Positions 26,750-39,304 of a stretch of DNA of 64,000 bases are shown here, piece after piece. The position numbers and the translations under genes were made by a program. The DNA comes from Haliotis rufescens. Its lineage: Eukaryota. The stretch spans positions 39,804,001 through 39,868,000 of the forward strand of contig NW_025964223.1 in assembly GCF_023055435.1 (NCBI RefSeq), read 5' to 3'. The notes below the pieces were generated by a model. That model was not told the DNA's origin and did no database searches. It was given only the letters and a program-made list of their open reading frames with translations. Position 1 is the first letter of the stretch. The number at the start of each line of letters is the position of its first letter.

Positions 26750-26955
26750 TTGAGTCTCAGTTTAACTAACAACTGGAAATAGAAAGTCTCATTTTTACCA
26801 ACTGTCGATCCGCAGCTGGAAAGTCTCAGTTTAACCAACTGTCGATCTGGAGCTGGACAGTCTAAGTTTAACGCCAGCTCAACCTTCTAGATACGCATTT
26901 GTTACATATATGAGTCTCACTGCATCTTTCTGAAGTGAATGTTGACAATACTGCA
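26750..26955 (-). pseudogene. Degenerate duplicate of the exon-9 3' end plus intron-9 start, forming a 30-nt AG/GT-bounded pseudo-exon (26921-26950)
   Basis: 26835-26946 aligns to 29088-29197; ttgcag|TATTGTCAACATTCACTTCAGAAAGATGCA|gtgagac. Confidence 0.7.
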
Positions 26956-27071
26956 ATGTAAAGATATGAGGCCATTTCTGAAGTTACTCTTAGACTATGC
27001 GCTTCCACAGCGCTGCCAGAATCCAACTGGTTTGAACCAAACATTCGCCTCATATGAGCTCACAACCACCA

Positions 27072-27310
27072 GGGTGCACGGGCCGCATAGAGCAGAGTTG
27101 CGTCCCTTGGGCACCCCAGAAACCTATGATTGTGGGCTTGAATCCCGGTTCGTCCCGATTATGTTTCTAGGTTTGTCAGCATCTAAGTGGATTTCACCAA
27201 AGTGGTAAACGTCTGAGACCTGCATGATTTCGGGATATCCTCCCACATTAAGCGGACACGTCGTTATATAAAAGGAATATTGTTCAAAGCGGCTTTAAAC
27301 CCAACTCACT
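27072..27310 (+). mobile_element. SINE family 3 (decayed)
   Basis: Homologous to 50023-50317. Confidence 0.8.
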
Positions 27311-27619
27311 TGCAACAAATATGTGGTTCATGTCGAGCTTTACTCCCACACTAGCTGACAGTAAAATAGAAACTGCTCAACCTACATATTCATTTGCGAG
27401 CCTGTACAGTCTTGCAGGTCCTCGGGGTAGGTGCAAGTGGGGTTTAGTGACCAATGCCATCATAGTTTCATACATACATGAAATCAGTTTACCAGATGTT
27501 TCAATCCTACAATCGTTAGTGAAGGACGAAAGAAATGTACGACACAAGCTCGGATTCAGCTTTGTGAAATGGGTGGAGGGGTGCCCGGAAAAGTAATAAA
27601 GAAGGTTAAGTCTACTCAC

Positions 27620-27737
27620 AAGACAGAGGCCTGCCACAAGCTCCTTATCAGTCTGCTCTAAGAACACTGTGATGTAGAGGAGTACACATCCCGCAAGAAT
27701 CACGTTGTTCAGGCGTGGTGACGACATCTTCACAATA
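27620..27737 (-). CDS. Gene B exon 10 (ICL1/TM2)
   Basis: accag|T ATT GTG...CTT|gtgagt, 118 nt: (R)IVKMSSPRLNNVILAGCVLLYITVFLEQTDKELVAGLCL (KMSSP.LNN motif). Confidence 0.95.
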
Positions 27738-27876
27738 CTGGTAGAATATAAGTGGAATTATATGTCTGGAATTAGGATAGACTTTAGAATATAAAGTAGA
27801 CAGTTACATGCGCAAAAATATTTGACAGGCAGTTTGACAATATATATACTTCTTGTTGGGTTCTCGTTGGTCCTGA

Positions 27877-28041
27877 GGGGCGGTCGGGTAGCCTAGTGGT
27901 TAAAGCGTTCGCTCGTCACGTCGAAGACCCGGGTTCGATTCCCGACATGGGTACAATGTGTGAAGCCCATTTCTGGTGTCCCCCGCCGTGAAATTGCTGG
28001 AATATTGCTAAAAGCGGCGTAAAACCATACTCACTCACTCA
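27877..28041 (+). mobile_element. SINE family 1, full length
   Basis: TSD CTCGTTGGTCCTG at 27863-27875 and 28042-28054. Confidence 0.92.
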
Positions 28042-28229
28042 CTCGTTGGTCCTGTCCAAGTTCATAACCGATTCGAGCGCAGCTTCCGAGACCCGGATGC
28101 TTGGAGGGTTAAATATCACTGGTGCATGGCACTGCGACACCCGCATTCAATCACATATCATGTTCTTACACCAACAATTGTTTCAGTCTCGGTATGACGA
28201 ACTCAAGACGTGTACCCGACAGTCTCGAC

Positions 28230-29120
28230 CTCTAGAGTCTCAATTAAACCGACTTCGGATTGTACCATCAAAGTCTCAGTTAAACCAACTGCAGGTTGGA
28301 GCTTTAAGTCTCAGTGTAACCAGTGGTAGATTTTGTCTCAAAGGTCTCAGATCAACCAACTGCAGATTGTATCTGAAAGTCCTATTTCAGCCAACTGCAC
28401 ATTTTTATCGAAAATCTCGGTTAAAGCAACTGAAGATTATATCTCGAAAGTCTCAGTTTAACCAACTGCAGATTAAATCTCGGAAGCCTCGGTTACAGCA
28501 ACTGCAGATTATATCTCGAAAGCCTCAGTTTGACCAACTGCAGATTATATCTCGAAAGCCTCAGTTTAACCAACTGCAGATTATATGTCGAAAGCCTCAG
28601 TTTGACCAACTGCAGATTATATCTCGAAAGCCTCAGTTTGACCAACTGCAGATTATATCTCGAAATTCTCGGTTTTACCAACTGCAGATTATATCTCGAA
28701 AGCCTCAGTTTGACCAACTGCAGATTATATCTCGAAAGCCTCAGTTTAACCAACTGCAGATTATATCTCGAAAGCCTCAGTTTGACCAACTGCAGATTAT
28801 ATCTCGAAATTCTCGGTTTAACCAACTGCAGATTATATCTCGAAAGCCTCAGTTTGACCAACTGCAGATTATATCTCGAAAGCCTCAGTTTGACCAACTG
28901 CAGATTAAATCTCGGAAGTCTCGGTTACAGCAACTGCAGATTATATCTCGAAAGTCTCAGTTTAACCAACTGCAGATTATCTCAGTTTAACCAACTGCAG
29001 ATTATCTCAGTTTAACCAACTGCAGATTATATCTCGAAAGCCTCAGTTTGACCAACTGTAGGTTATATCTCGAAATTCTCGGTTCAACCAACTGTCGATC
29101 TGGAGCTGGAAAGTCTCAGT
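28230..29120. repeat. 36-bp minisatellite (AACTGCAGATTATATCTCGAAAGCCTCAGTTTGACC)n, ~20+ copies, intron 9
   Basis: 12-aa periodic pseudo-ORFs; begins ~55 nt from the exon-9 donor. Confidence 0.93.
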
Positions 29121-29173
29121 TTAAGGCCAGCTCACCCTTCTAGCTACGTATTTGTTACATATATGAGTCTCAC

Positions 29174-29324
29174 CGCAACTTCCTGAAGTGAATGTTGAAG
29201 GCAAGGAAACATATGCTGAGGGCGATGCCGAGCGCCGAGATGCAGCACATGGACAGATACAGAGGGAAGGACAGGCGGGTGGTGGTCCGATAGATCGTCA
29301 GAGAGTCCTTGGGTATCTTTCCAC
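29174..29324 (-). CDS. Gene B exon 9 (stalk + TM1)
   Basis: ttttag|GT GGA...CG|gtgaga, 151 nt: GGKIPKDSLTIYRTTTRLSFPLYLSMCCISALGIALSICFLAFNIHFRKLR. Confidence 0.95.
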
Positions 29325-30243
29325 CTAAAACATTAAATGTTATAATTGTATGTCTTGTTGAACTTAATGTCTAAAAATAATGAAAGTAACCAATGCAAGT
29401 ATATATAATTAATCATTGATCATCGTCATTCCTGGACATTTCGTGTCTTTACTATACGATTTGAAAATATAGAATATAAAATCAGGTGTTTTTACAAATT
29501 CGATAACATAACTATATTGTGTTAAGTGTTACGGCAAATTATAGATAGTGACTTAAATATAGAGATGCATAAAATAATGTTTCGGCGTTTTTAAAAACAA
29601 ATTAATAAAAAAACAACATTAGTATGATTTATTAGTGGCACGATTGTAAGAGCTTAGCATGTTGCCACATTTGTGAATCAAGCGCTAAGATGGGTTCGTG
29701 GAGCGGGCCCTGGTCATTGTCAGTGTAACTGATGGCTTTCTGTATGGCCATGCAACAGTTTCGCGAGTGTTTAGGTTACAGATTAAATGCCATCGAACTT
29801 TATGTTAAGTCTACATGTAACAGATGGCGAGTGTTTAAATTCAATGACAAGACACCCTTGAAGAAACGGTATGCCTCAATACTCAAAACACATATGAAAA
29901 CACAGATATACGAAATAGGATCCCTGTCTAACCAACATACCCCCTCTTTCACTGACCGATTAGTGACAAGCAAATATTGATGTAGACAATTACGAGCACA
30001 GTAAGAACTTAAGAGAGATTCTCTATTATGATAAACCCCATGTACAAGAACAAGTGTTTGGCGAGATATAACAGAATTGTATTTATCTTTCATATCGACT
30101 AAATAAACACTCGACCAGCGGTCCATTAGCGCCCCATCGTCCGGCTCTGTTTGCGCAAAGTGTGTACCGTGGCCTTAGCCTGCAGTGCTTCAGGTAATGA
30201 ATGCACTGGGCATAATAGAACCAGTGTGATCTGAGAGTTATAC

Positions 30244-30336
30244 CTGCCCATACGATGGGTGTAGCTGGGAGCCATTCGATCTTCACGTCGGCGACCAAGT
30301 TCGGATCATAGAGACCAACCATCTGAACCTCACCAC
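30244..30336 (-). CDS. Gene B exon 8
   Basis: cccag|GT GGT...G|gtataa, 93 nt: GGEVQMVGLYDPNLVADVKIEWLPATPIVWA. Confidence 0.9.
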
Positions 30337-30759
30337 CTGGGAATATATACATAGTCATGCGGGGGATCAATACTTGACTGTATTTGTTATCGACATTGTA
30401 AACAGAAAATATTATTGGTAATTTTCTTTGGTACTCTCTTCGTGAACTCCAACAGCTGTGGGACATTAATCTGTGTTCCTGGATTCAGAAGAAATCTTAC
30501 TCAAAATACTCATGTGACGATATCAACGACTAATGTCGTGTCTGAAAAGCAATTTCTGACATGCATGTCACAATAAACTGAACAAGCGTGATCAGTTGTC
30601 AATTGAATGGTTTCCTGCCTTATAATCAATACCCCTCATTTCAAGTGTAAATTATTTTTGGGTGCTGTATATATTACTCATTTTTGACAGGTATATCTTT
30701 CCATGGTACTCAAAATTGATTCTCGTAATATATCACGTGAATATTGAAATATAATGACA

Positions 30760-32640
30760 TATCGTGTAGTACAAGTATAGTATATTAGAAGTATCGTGTA
30801 GTACAAGTATAGTATATTAGAAGTATCGTGTAGTACAAGTATAGTATATTAGAAGTATCGTGTAGTACAAGTATAGTATATTAGAAGTATCGTGTAGTAC
30901 AAGTATAGTATATTAGAAGTATCGTGTAGTACAAGTATAGTATATTAGAAGTATCGTGTAGTACAAGTATAGTATATTAGAAGTATTGTGTAGTGGATGT
31001 ATCGTGTAGTACATATGTGGTATAGTAGAAGTGTGGTACAGTAGAAGTATCTTGTAGTAGATGTATGATAAAGTAGATGTATCGTATAGTAGAAGTATCG
31101 TATATTAAAAGTATGGTATAGTAGAAGTGTGGTATAGTTGAAGTATTGTGTAGTACAAGTGTGGTATAGTTGAAGTATCGCGTAGTACAAGTGTGGTATA
31201 GTAGAAGTATCGTAGAAGTGTGGTACAGTAGAAGTGTGGTATAGTAGAAGTGTGGTATAGTAGAAGTGTGGTATCGTAGAATTGTGGTATAGTAGAAGTG
31301 TGGTATAGTAGAAGTGTGGTATAGTTGAAGTATCGTGTAGTACAAGTGTGGTATAGTAGAAGTATCGTATAGTAGAATTGTGGTACAGTAGAAGTGTGGT
31401 ACAGTAGAAGTGTGGTATCGTAGAAGTGTGGTATAGTAGAAGTGTGGTATAGTAGAAGTGTGGTAACGTAGAAGTGTGGTATAGTAGAAGTGTGCTATAG
31501 TAGAAGTGTGGTATCGTAGAATTGTGGTATAGTAGAAGTGTGGTATAGTAGAAGTGTGGTATAGTTGAAGTTTCGTGTAGTACAAGTGTGGTATAGTAGA
31601 AGTATCGTATAGTAGAATTGTGGTACAGTAGAAGTGTGGTACAGTAGAAGTGTGGTATCGTAGAAGTGTGGTATCGTAGAATTGTGGTATAGTAGAAGTG
31701 TGGTATAGTTGAAGTATCGTGTAGTACAAGTGTGGTATAGTAGAAGTATCGTATAGTAGAAGTGTGGTACAGTAGAAGTGTGGTATAGTAGAAGTGTGGT
31801 ATCGTAGAAGTGTGGTATAGTAGAAGTGTGGTATAGTAGAAGTGTGGTATCGTTGAATTGTGGTATAGTAGAAGTGTGGTATAGTAGAAGTGTGGTATAG
31901 TTGAAGTATCGTGTAGTACAAGTGTGGTATAGTAGAAGTATCGTATAGTAGAATTGTGGTACAGTAGAAGTGTGGTATCGAAGAAGTGTGGTATCGTAGA
32001 ATTGTGGTGTAGTAGAAGTGTGGTATAGTTGAAGTATCGTGTAGTACAAGTGTGGTATAGTAGAAGTATCGTATAGTAGAAGTGTGGTACAGTAGAAGTG
32101 TGGTATCGTAGAAGTGTGGTATAGTAGAAGTGTGGTATAGTAGAAGTGTGGTATCGTAGAATTGTGGTATAGTAGAAGTGTGGTATAGTAGAAGTGTGGT
32201 ATAGTTGAAGTATCGTGTAGTTCAAGTGTGGTATAGTAGAAGTATCGTATAGTAGAATTGTGGTACAGTAGAAGTGTGGTACAGTAGAAGTGTGGTATAG
32301 TAGAAGTGTGGTATCGTAGAAGTCTGGTATCGTAGAATTGTGGTATAGTAGAAGTGTGGTATAGTTGAAGTATCGTGTAGTACAAGTGTGGTATAGTAGA
32401 AGTATCGTATAGTAAAAGTGTGGTATAGTAAAGCATCGTGTAGTAGAAGTGTGATTTAGTAGAAGCGTGTTATAGTTTAAGTATCGTATAGTAGAAGTGT
32501 GGTATAGTAGAAGTGTTGTATAGTTTAAGTATCGTATAGTAGAAGTGTGGTATAGTAGAATTGTGGTATAGTTGAAGTATCGTACAGTACAAGTGTGGTA
32601 TAGTAGAAGTGTGGTATAGTAGAAGTATCGTGTAGTGGAA
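30760..32640. repeat. 16-bp satellite (GTATAGTAGAAGTGTG)n with a perfect 32-bp dimer block and higher-order patterning
   Basis: Direct periodicity; ~115 monomers. Confidence 0.96.
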
Positions 32641-33721
32641 GGTTTTCTTACTTTGACTTACCAGTTGCAATTGTGAGGCTTTATCTAGTCTGTGACACTT
32701 TACAAGAATTCTTGATAACAAACTTACACGAATGATAATTAGAATAAGTTTAATGACTATTACCAAAATGTCAGTGTTTTGAATTTGCCTCCAAAATATA
32801 CTGGTGCTGCCTTATACAATATTCACTAACTTACTGAATGATTCATATCTATAAATATGTTAGCGTTACGTCTTTTTTATATGTACAATTTATTAATCAG
32901 TTTAAGCCATATTGTTAATTCGCTATTAGTTTTCAACAAAAACCATGGTTAGGATCGGAGGTCGAACGAACTCTAGATCAAATCAGAAGCACTGAAATTT
33001 GGCAACGATACCGGTCCGTAGGAAAGCAGATACAAATGAATGGGTATTTCTACCGGAAACCTCGCATCCTTATGTACTAATCCAGGGAGGTTTGCGGAAT
33101 CATTGTAACCGTTCATTTAATTGTTCATTTTGGTCTGTGATGGAGTAGACACTCTTCTTTATCTTTACGTCAATGACCAGCCACATCCGTTACAGATTGA
33201 AATAGACACCTGTTCGTTTCCGTGTACAGTGCATTCCTTGATCAGATAGTAATAATACACATTTATTGATTGACAGACGTTGCTTAAAAGCATCAATTCA
33301 AACAGGATACGGACACGTCTCCAGGCTCGTGATTGTATGAGAAGGTAATGAACTGGGTGTTGTGTAGCACCTGTAAAATTAAACATGTTTCCCCACGTTC
33401 CTTTTTGCAGTCTACAAGTAATTATCTTCAATCAAGATCTTAATGGGAAATCGCATGGATTGAGAAGCAACTGATATGACGGAATTATATTTTTGTCAGT
33501 GAATGAATCATGCTGGGTTAATGAAAACGTGACACGGAACTGTTTTGAAGTGTTTCTATAATTGTTTCCATAGTAACCAAACACGTGCACGTGAAATTAC
33601 AAAGTTTGATCTGTAACCGGAGGCAACGTTATGTACGTCAAGCAGTAGTAGACGTGGCGCTTTTTTTCTGTTAGACTGTCCATCCACAAGTCTGTAGTCT
33701 GTCTACCTGAATGTGAACAGT

Positions 33722-33791
<70 letters not shown>

Positions 33792-34549
33792 ACTGTATAT
33801 ATATACTTTTAAAGTACGTCTGTTTCATTCTTTCGTTTGATAGAAGGTATCAGCATGAATTTGCGACTTAAGAATCCAAAATCAAATTTCAAAATTTGTA
33901 TTTTGCATCTTTGTATTACTTGAACGAGTTAAAAAGTCCCTTATATGGCATTAAGTACCTATTCCTCGAGAAGATATGAGCTGTAAATAAAATGGCAATC
34001 ACATCCGTATCATCATGACGCAGCACATATACTGCCATGAACCAGTCTCTGTAACAAGGCAGAGTGTGACAGCCGACGTTCTCGCTGTATGGGTTCTTTA
34101 GGCAGACTGTACGTACGCACAAATCAGTTAAACATGTACACTGATATCACAATCACCGACAGGAGAAGGCGGTAAAAGGTGTTGCACTTGTGCCCAATCC
34201 CTTTGTCTTGTTGGACAACAAAATATGTTTAATAAAAATCACTGACAATCCTAAACATATCGATCATTCACCACAACTCAGTCGCTAAACAGACAGACTG
34301 CGAAATTGTGCAGTTGGCATCTAATTAACATCTTATTTGATTAGGTGCATTATGAAATCTAAAGGTCTGTTGAATGTAATAGCAATACGAAATCGAGTAT
34401 GAATACAATATTGATTGCTTAGATTAAACAAATTAAGTATTTGTGTTAAACATGTCAGTGAAACGCCATGAAGAAGTGACAAGCTATCAGAGGTTTGAAA
34501 ACCGCGATATTTGTTGATTTTAAGCAAAGAATGATCTTAGTTCTCACAG

Positions 34550-36925
34550 TATTCACCCTGACTGATCTCACTCTGACTGAACTCGCCGATTGATCTCACC
34601 CTGACTAACCTCACCCTGAACACGATATGTCTATAGTTGACCTATTCACCCTGACTAGACTCACCCTGAACACGATATGTCTATAGTTGACATATTCACC
34701 CTGACTAACCTCACCCTGAACACTATATGTCTATAGTTGACATATTCACCCTGACTCACCTCACCCTAAACACTATATGTCTATAGTTGACATATTCACC
34801 CTGACTAACCTCACCCTGAACACTATATGTCTATAGTTGACATATTCACCCTGACTAACCTCACCCTGAACACGATATGTCTATAGTTGACCTATTCACC
34901 CTGACTAGACTAACCCTGAACACGATATGTCTATAGTTGACATATTCACCCTGACTAGACTCACCCTGAACACGATATGTCTATAGTTGACATATTCACC
35001 CTGACTAACCTCACCCTGAACACTATATGTCTATAGTTGACATATTCACCCTGACTCACCTCACCCTAAACAATATATGTCTATAGATGACATAGTCACC
35101 CTGACTAACCTCACCCTGAACACGATATGTCTATAGTTGACATAGTCACCCTGACTAACCCCACCCTCAAAACTATATGTCTATAGTTGACATATTCAGC
35201 CTGACTAACCTCACCCTCAACACGATATGTCTATAGTTGACATATTCACCCTGACTAACCCCACCCTCAAAACTATATGTCTATAGTTGACATATTCAGC
35301 CTGACTAACCTCACCCTAAACAATATATGTCTATAGATGACATATTCACCCTGACTAACCTCACCCTGAACACTATATGTCTATAGTTGACATATTCACC
35401 CTGACTAGACTCACCCTGAACACGATATGTCTATAGTTGACATATTCACCTTGACTAACCTCACCCTGAACACTATATGTCTATAGTTGACATATTCACC
35501 CTGACTAACCTCACCCTAAACAATATATGTCTATAGATGACATAGTCACCCTGACTAACCTCACCCTGAACACTATATGTCTATAGTTGACATATTCAGC
35601 CTGACTAACCTCACCCTAAAAACTATATGTCTATAGTTGACATATTCAGCCTGACTAACCTCACCCTGAACACTATATATCTATAGTTGACATATTCACC
35701 CTGACTAACCTCACCCTAAACACTATATGTCTATAGATGACATATTCACCCTGACTAACCTCACCCTGAACACTATATGTCTATAGTTGACATATTCACC
35801 CTGACTAACCTCACCCTGAACACTATATGTCTATAGTTGACATATTCACCCTGACTCACCTCACCCTGAACACTATATGTCTATAGTTGACATATTCACC
35901 CTGACTAACCTCACCCTGAACACAATATGTCTATAGTTGACATATTCAGCCTGACTAACCTCACCCTGAACACTATATGTCTATAGTTGACATATTCACC
36001 CTGACTAACCTCACCCTGAACACGATATGTCTATAGTTGACATATTCACCCTGACTAACCTCACCCTGAACACTATATGTCTATATTTGACATATTCACC
36101 CTGACTAACCTCACCCTGAACACTATATGTCTATAGTTGACATATTCAGCCTGACTAACCTCACCCTAAAAACTATATGTCTATAGTTGACATATTCAGC
36201 CTGACTAACCTCACCCTGAACACTATATATCTATAGTTGACATATTCACCCTGACTAACCTCACCCTGAACACTATATGTCTATAGTTGACATATTCACC
36301 CTGACTAACCTCACCCTGAACACTATATGTCTATAGTTGACATATTCACCCTGACTCACCTCACCCTAAAAACTATATGTCTATAGTTGACATATTCACC
36401 CTGACTAACCTCACCCTGAACACTATATATCTATAGTTGACATATTCACCCTGACTAACCTCACCCTGAACACTGTTTGTCTATAGTTGACATATTCACC
36501 CTGACTAACCTCATCCTGAACACGATATGTCTATAGTTGACATATTCACCCTGACTAACCTCACCCTGAACACGATATGTCTATAGTTGACATATTCACC
36601 CTGACTAACCTCACCCTGAACACGATATGTCTATAATTGACATATTCACCCTGACTAACCTCACCCTGAACACAATATGTCTATAGTTGACATATTCACC
36701 CTGACTAACCTCACCCTGAACACGATATGTCTATAGTTGACATATTCACCCTGACTCACCTCACCCTGAACACTATATGTCTATAGTTGACATATTCACC
36801 CTGACTAACCTCACCCTGAACACGATATGTCTATAGTTGACATATTCAGCCTGACTAACCTCACCCTGAACACGATATGTCTATAGTTGACATATTCACC
36901 CTGACTGAACTCACCCTGAACACGA
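34550..36925 (-). repeat. 50-bp satellite, ~46 copies, derived from the exon-7 donor junction
   Basis: Unit ACATATAGTGTTCAGG|GTGAGGTTAGTCAGG|GTGAATATGTCAACTATAG; grades into the 51-bp array through a hybrid unit at ~36900-36990. Confidence 0.93.
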
Positions 36926-37545
36926 TTATATCTTTAGCTGGCATAATTCACCCTGACTGAACTCACCCTGAGCACGATCCATCTTTACTTGACAATATTC
37001 TTCCTGACTGAACTCACCCTGAACACGATCCATCTTTACTTGACAATACTCTTCCTGACTGAACTCACCATGAACACGATCTATCTTCACTTGACAACAC
37101 TCTTCCTGATTAATCTCACCCTGAACACGATCCATCTTTACTTGACAATACTCTTCCTAACTGAACTCACCATGAACACGATCTATCTTCACTTGACAAT
37201 ACTCTTCCTGACTGAACTCACCATGAACACGATCTATCTTCACTTGACAACACTCTTCCTGATTAATCTCACCCTGAACACGATCCATCTTTACTTGACA
37301 ATACTCTTCCTGACTGAACTCACCCTGAACACGATCAATCTTTACTTGACAATACTCTTCCTGACTGAACTCACCATGAACACGATCAATCTTCACTTGA
37401 CAACACTCTTCCTGATTGAACTCACCCTGAACACGATCCATCTTTACTTGACAATACTCTTCCTGACTGAACTCACCATGAACACGATCCATCTTTACTT
37501 GACAATACTCTTCCTGACTGAACTCACCCTGAATACGATCTATGC
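36926..37545 (-). repeat. 51-bp array (~12 copies) overlapping the exon-7 donor
   Basis: Unit ATGGATCGTGTTCAGG|GTGAGTTCAGTCAGGAAGAGTATTGTCAAGTAAAG, translating MDRVQGEFSQEEYCQVK. Confidence 0.94.
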
Positions 37546-37689
37546 TGAACATAGCCACGGGGTCACCTTTCTCATTAAAAGCCACTTGACCCCTGACCCC
37601 TCTGTACTTGACATTCAACATCTTGGTCCAAATAAGCAGGCCAAGTTCGGCATCACTGTAGGCAAAGTCCTCAAGCCGTTTAGGGTTTC
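37528..37689 (-). CDS. Gene B exon 7 (VFT)
   Basis: tttaag|GA AAC...CAG G|gtgagt, 162 nt: GNPKRLEDFAYSDAELGLLIWTKMLNVKYRGVRGQVAFNEKGDPVAMFSIDRIQ. Confidence 0.93.
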
Positions 37690-38967
37690 CTTAAACGAAA
37701 CACAAATTTCATAATGTAATCATGCTTAAAGCATGGAAGACCTAAAGTACCATGTGACATCCACACTTCCCAACATAACCCCCTTTCAATACGCGTCACC
37801 AATTTAGCTCGATTAAACGTTTATCACAAGACAAACTGTTAACACATATTGTATTGCCCAGTGCTGTTTAAAAGAGACCTGCTACTGTCTTGAGGTTTCC
37901 ATAGCAAGTAACAACTTAGGTCGCGGATGGAACGACTTGAATGTCCCTTTAAGTTGTTCTAGATATTTGTTTCAGGTTTCGAGAAACCTTCTGGTTGACG
38001 GATAGGTCTGTGTAAACCTGAATAAACCGGCACAGAGGTGTACGTCATCTTAAAAATCAACATACTTCACTCTCTTACTTCATCACGACTGGGGGCGGTC
38101 AGGTAGACAATCGTTCACCCGTCACACCGAAGACCCGGGTTCGATTCCCGACATGGGTACAATGTGTGAAGCCCATATCTGGCGTCCCCCGATAAAAGCG
38201 ACAAAACCATTTACATAGTCCTAAGAAATATCTGCTGTTGGCACAGAGGTGTTCGCATGAAAGTCAGGACGTTCGCTGGGTACGATGACTCGCAATGAAC
38301 CTTGTCACGGTGCCTGATCACCTGATCAAATTTAGTCACCTCTTACGACAGCAGGGGTCAGTTATCTCCCGGAACTTCTACGCGGTGACTGGTGACAACG
38401 TATTTCTTCTGAGTTTCTTTACGTTGTGTAGGTATGCCCTTGTATTGTTTGTAAACCAGTTACCGCCACCACAAACATATATACGAGCATGTTATCCCAT
38501 TTCAAACTGAAGCTCCCCCGTATGATTAAAACCAACATCATAGTACAGTGAACCCTGGTTATTCCGGACGGCAACGCCCCTAGTTAAATCTTCCGAATAA
38601 ACAAACTCATGTCTTGTATATACACGGGCGGTTATTTAGGAACAATATATACACTACCGGGCCAAAGAAAATACACACTTGGAAATTGGATTTGACGAAA
38701 TAATTACAAATAAATGAAATATGAAAAAAAGTAAATAGTCGACGAAACACTGCAAACTTAATTCGAAAACACAACTGTGATACCCGAACAAAATATATCA
38801 TCATAGAATAACCATTACTTGCTTGTTTTATTTCTAGCCACCATCAAACATGGGGGTGTACTTCCTTTTACAACAACCAACATCGTTCGACCATATTTAC
38901 TTTTCAGTATTTGAGAAAGAAATGTTTGAAATCATATAAAATACAAAAATCATTCTTCTAGTCTCAC

Positions 38968-39304
38968 CAGTATCAATAAGTTCCGTGAGAGTGTCATTCA
39001 GAGCTAAAGCCAGGGCCCAGATGGAGTCGTACCCCATGGGTGCGGCCTTGGTCCCTGGGTAGTTGACGTTGTTGGTTCTGTTGGCGTATACAGCCAGGTA
39101 CTGGGAGGGGGTGAGGCCGGATATAGCCGGGATCTCTATGGGGCTGATGTAGAGCCTGTCGACGGCGATGTAGCCTTCTACTGCTCGCGACATCTCCTCC
39201 GGTGTGCAGTCCACATTGACGTCGGGAACCAGCCACCAGAAGTCGTCAAACCATCCGTTGATCACCCACACGATCTTATTGCCGTATAGTCCTACCTTGT
39301 AAGC
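38968..39304 (-). CDS. Gene B exon 6 (VFT)
   Basis: ctacag|GCT...G|gtgaga, 337 nt: AYKVGLYGNKIVWVINGWFDDFWW...CTPEEM...APMGYDSIWALALALN. Confidence 0.95.

Noticed and set aside
27877-27950. tRNA-Asp-like sequence
   Set aside because: Head of a multi-copy SINE with tail and TSD; no proper acceptor stem.
28046-29015. 314-aa ORF with 12-aa repeats
   Set aside because: 36-bp intronic minisatellite.
30945-32766. Tyr/Thr/His-rich ORFs up to 426 aa
   Set aside because: 16-bp satellite lacking stops in all three minus-strand frames.
34550-36925. Regular array superficially like CRISPR
   Set aside because: No unique spacers, no cas genes, eukaryotic intron context.
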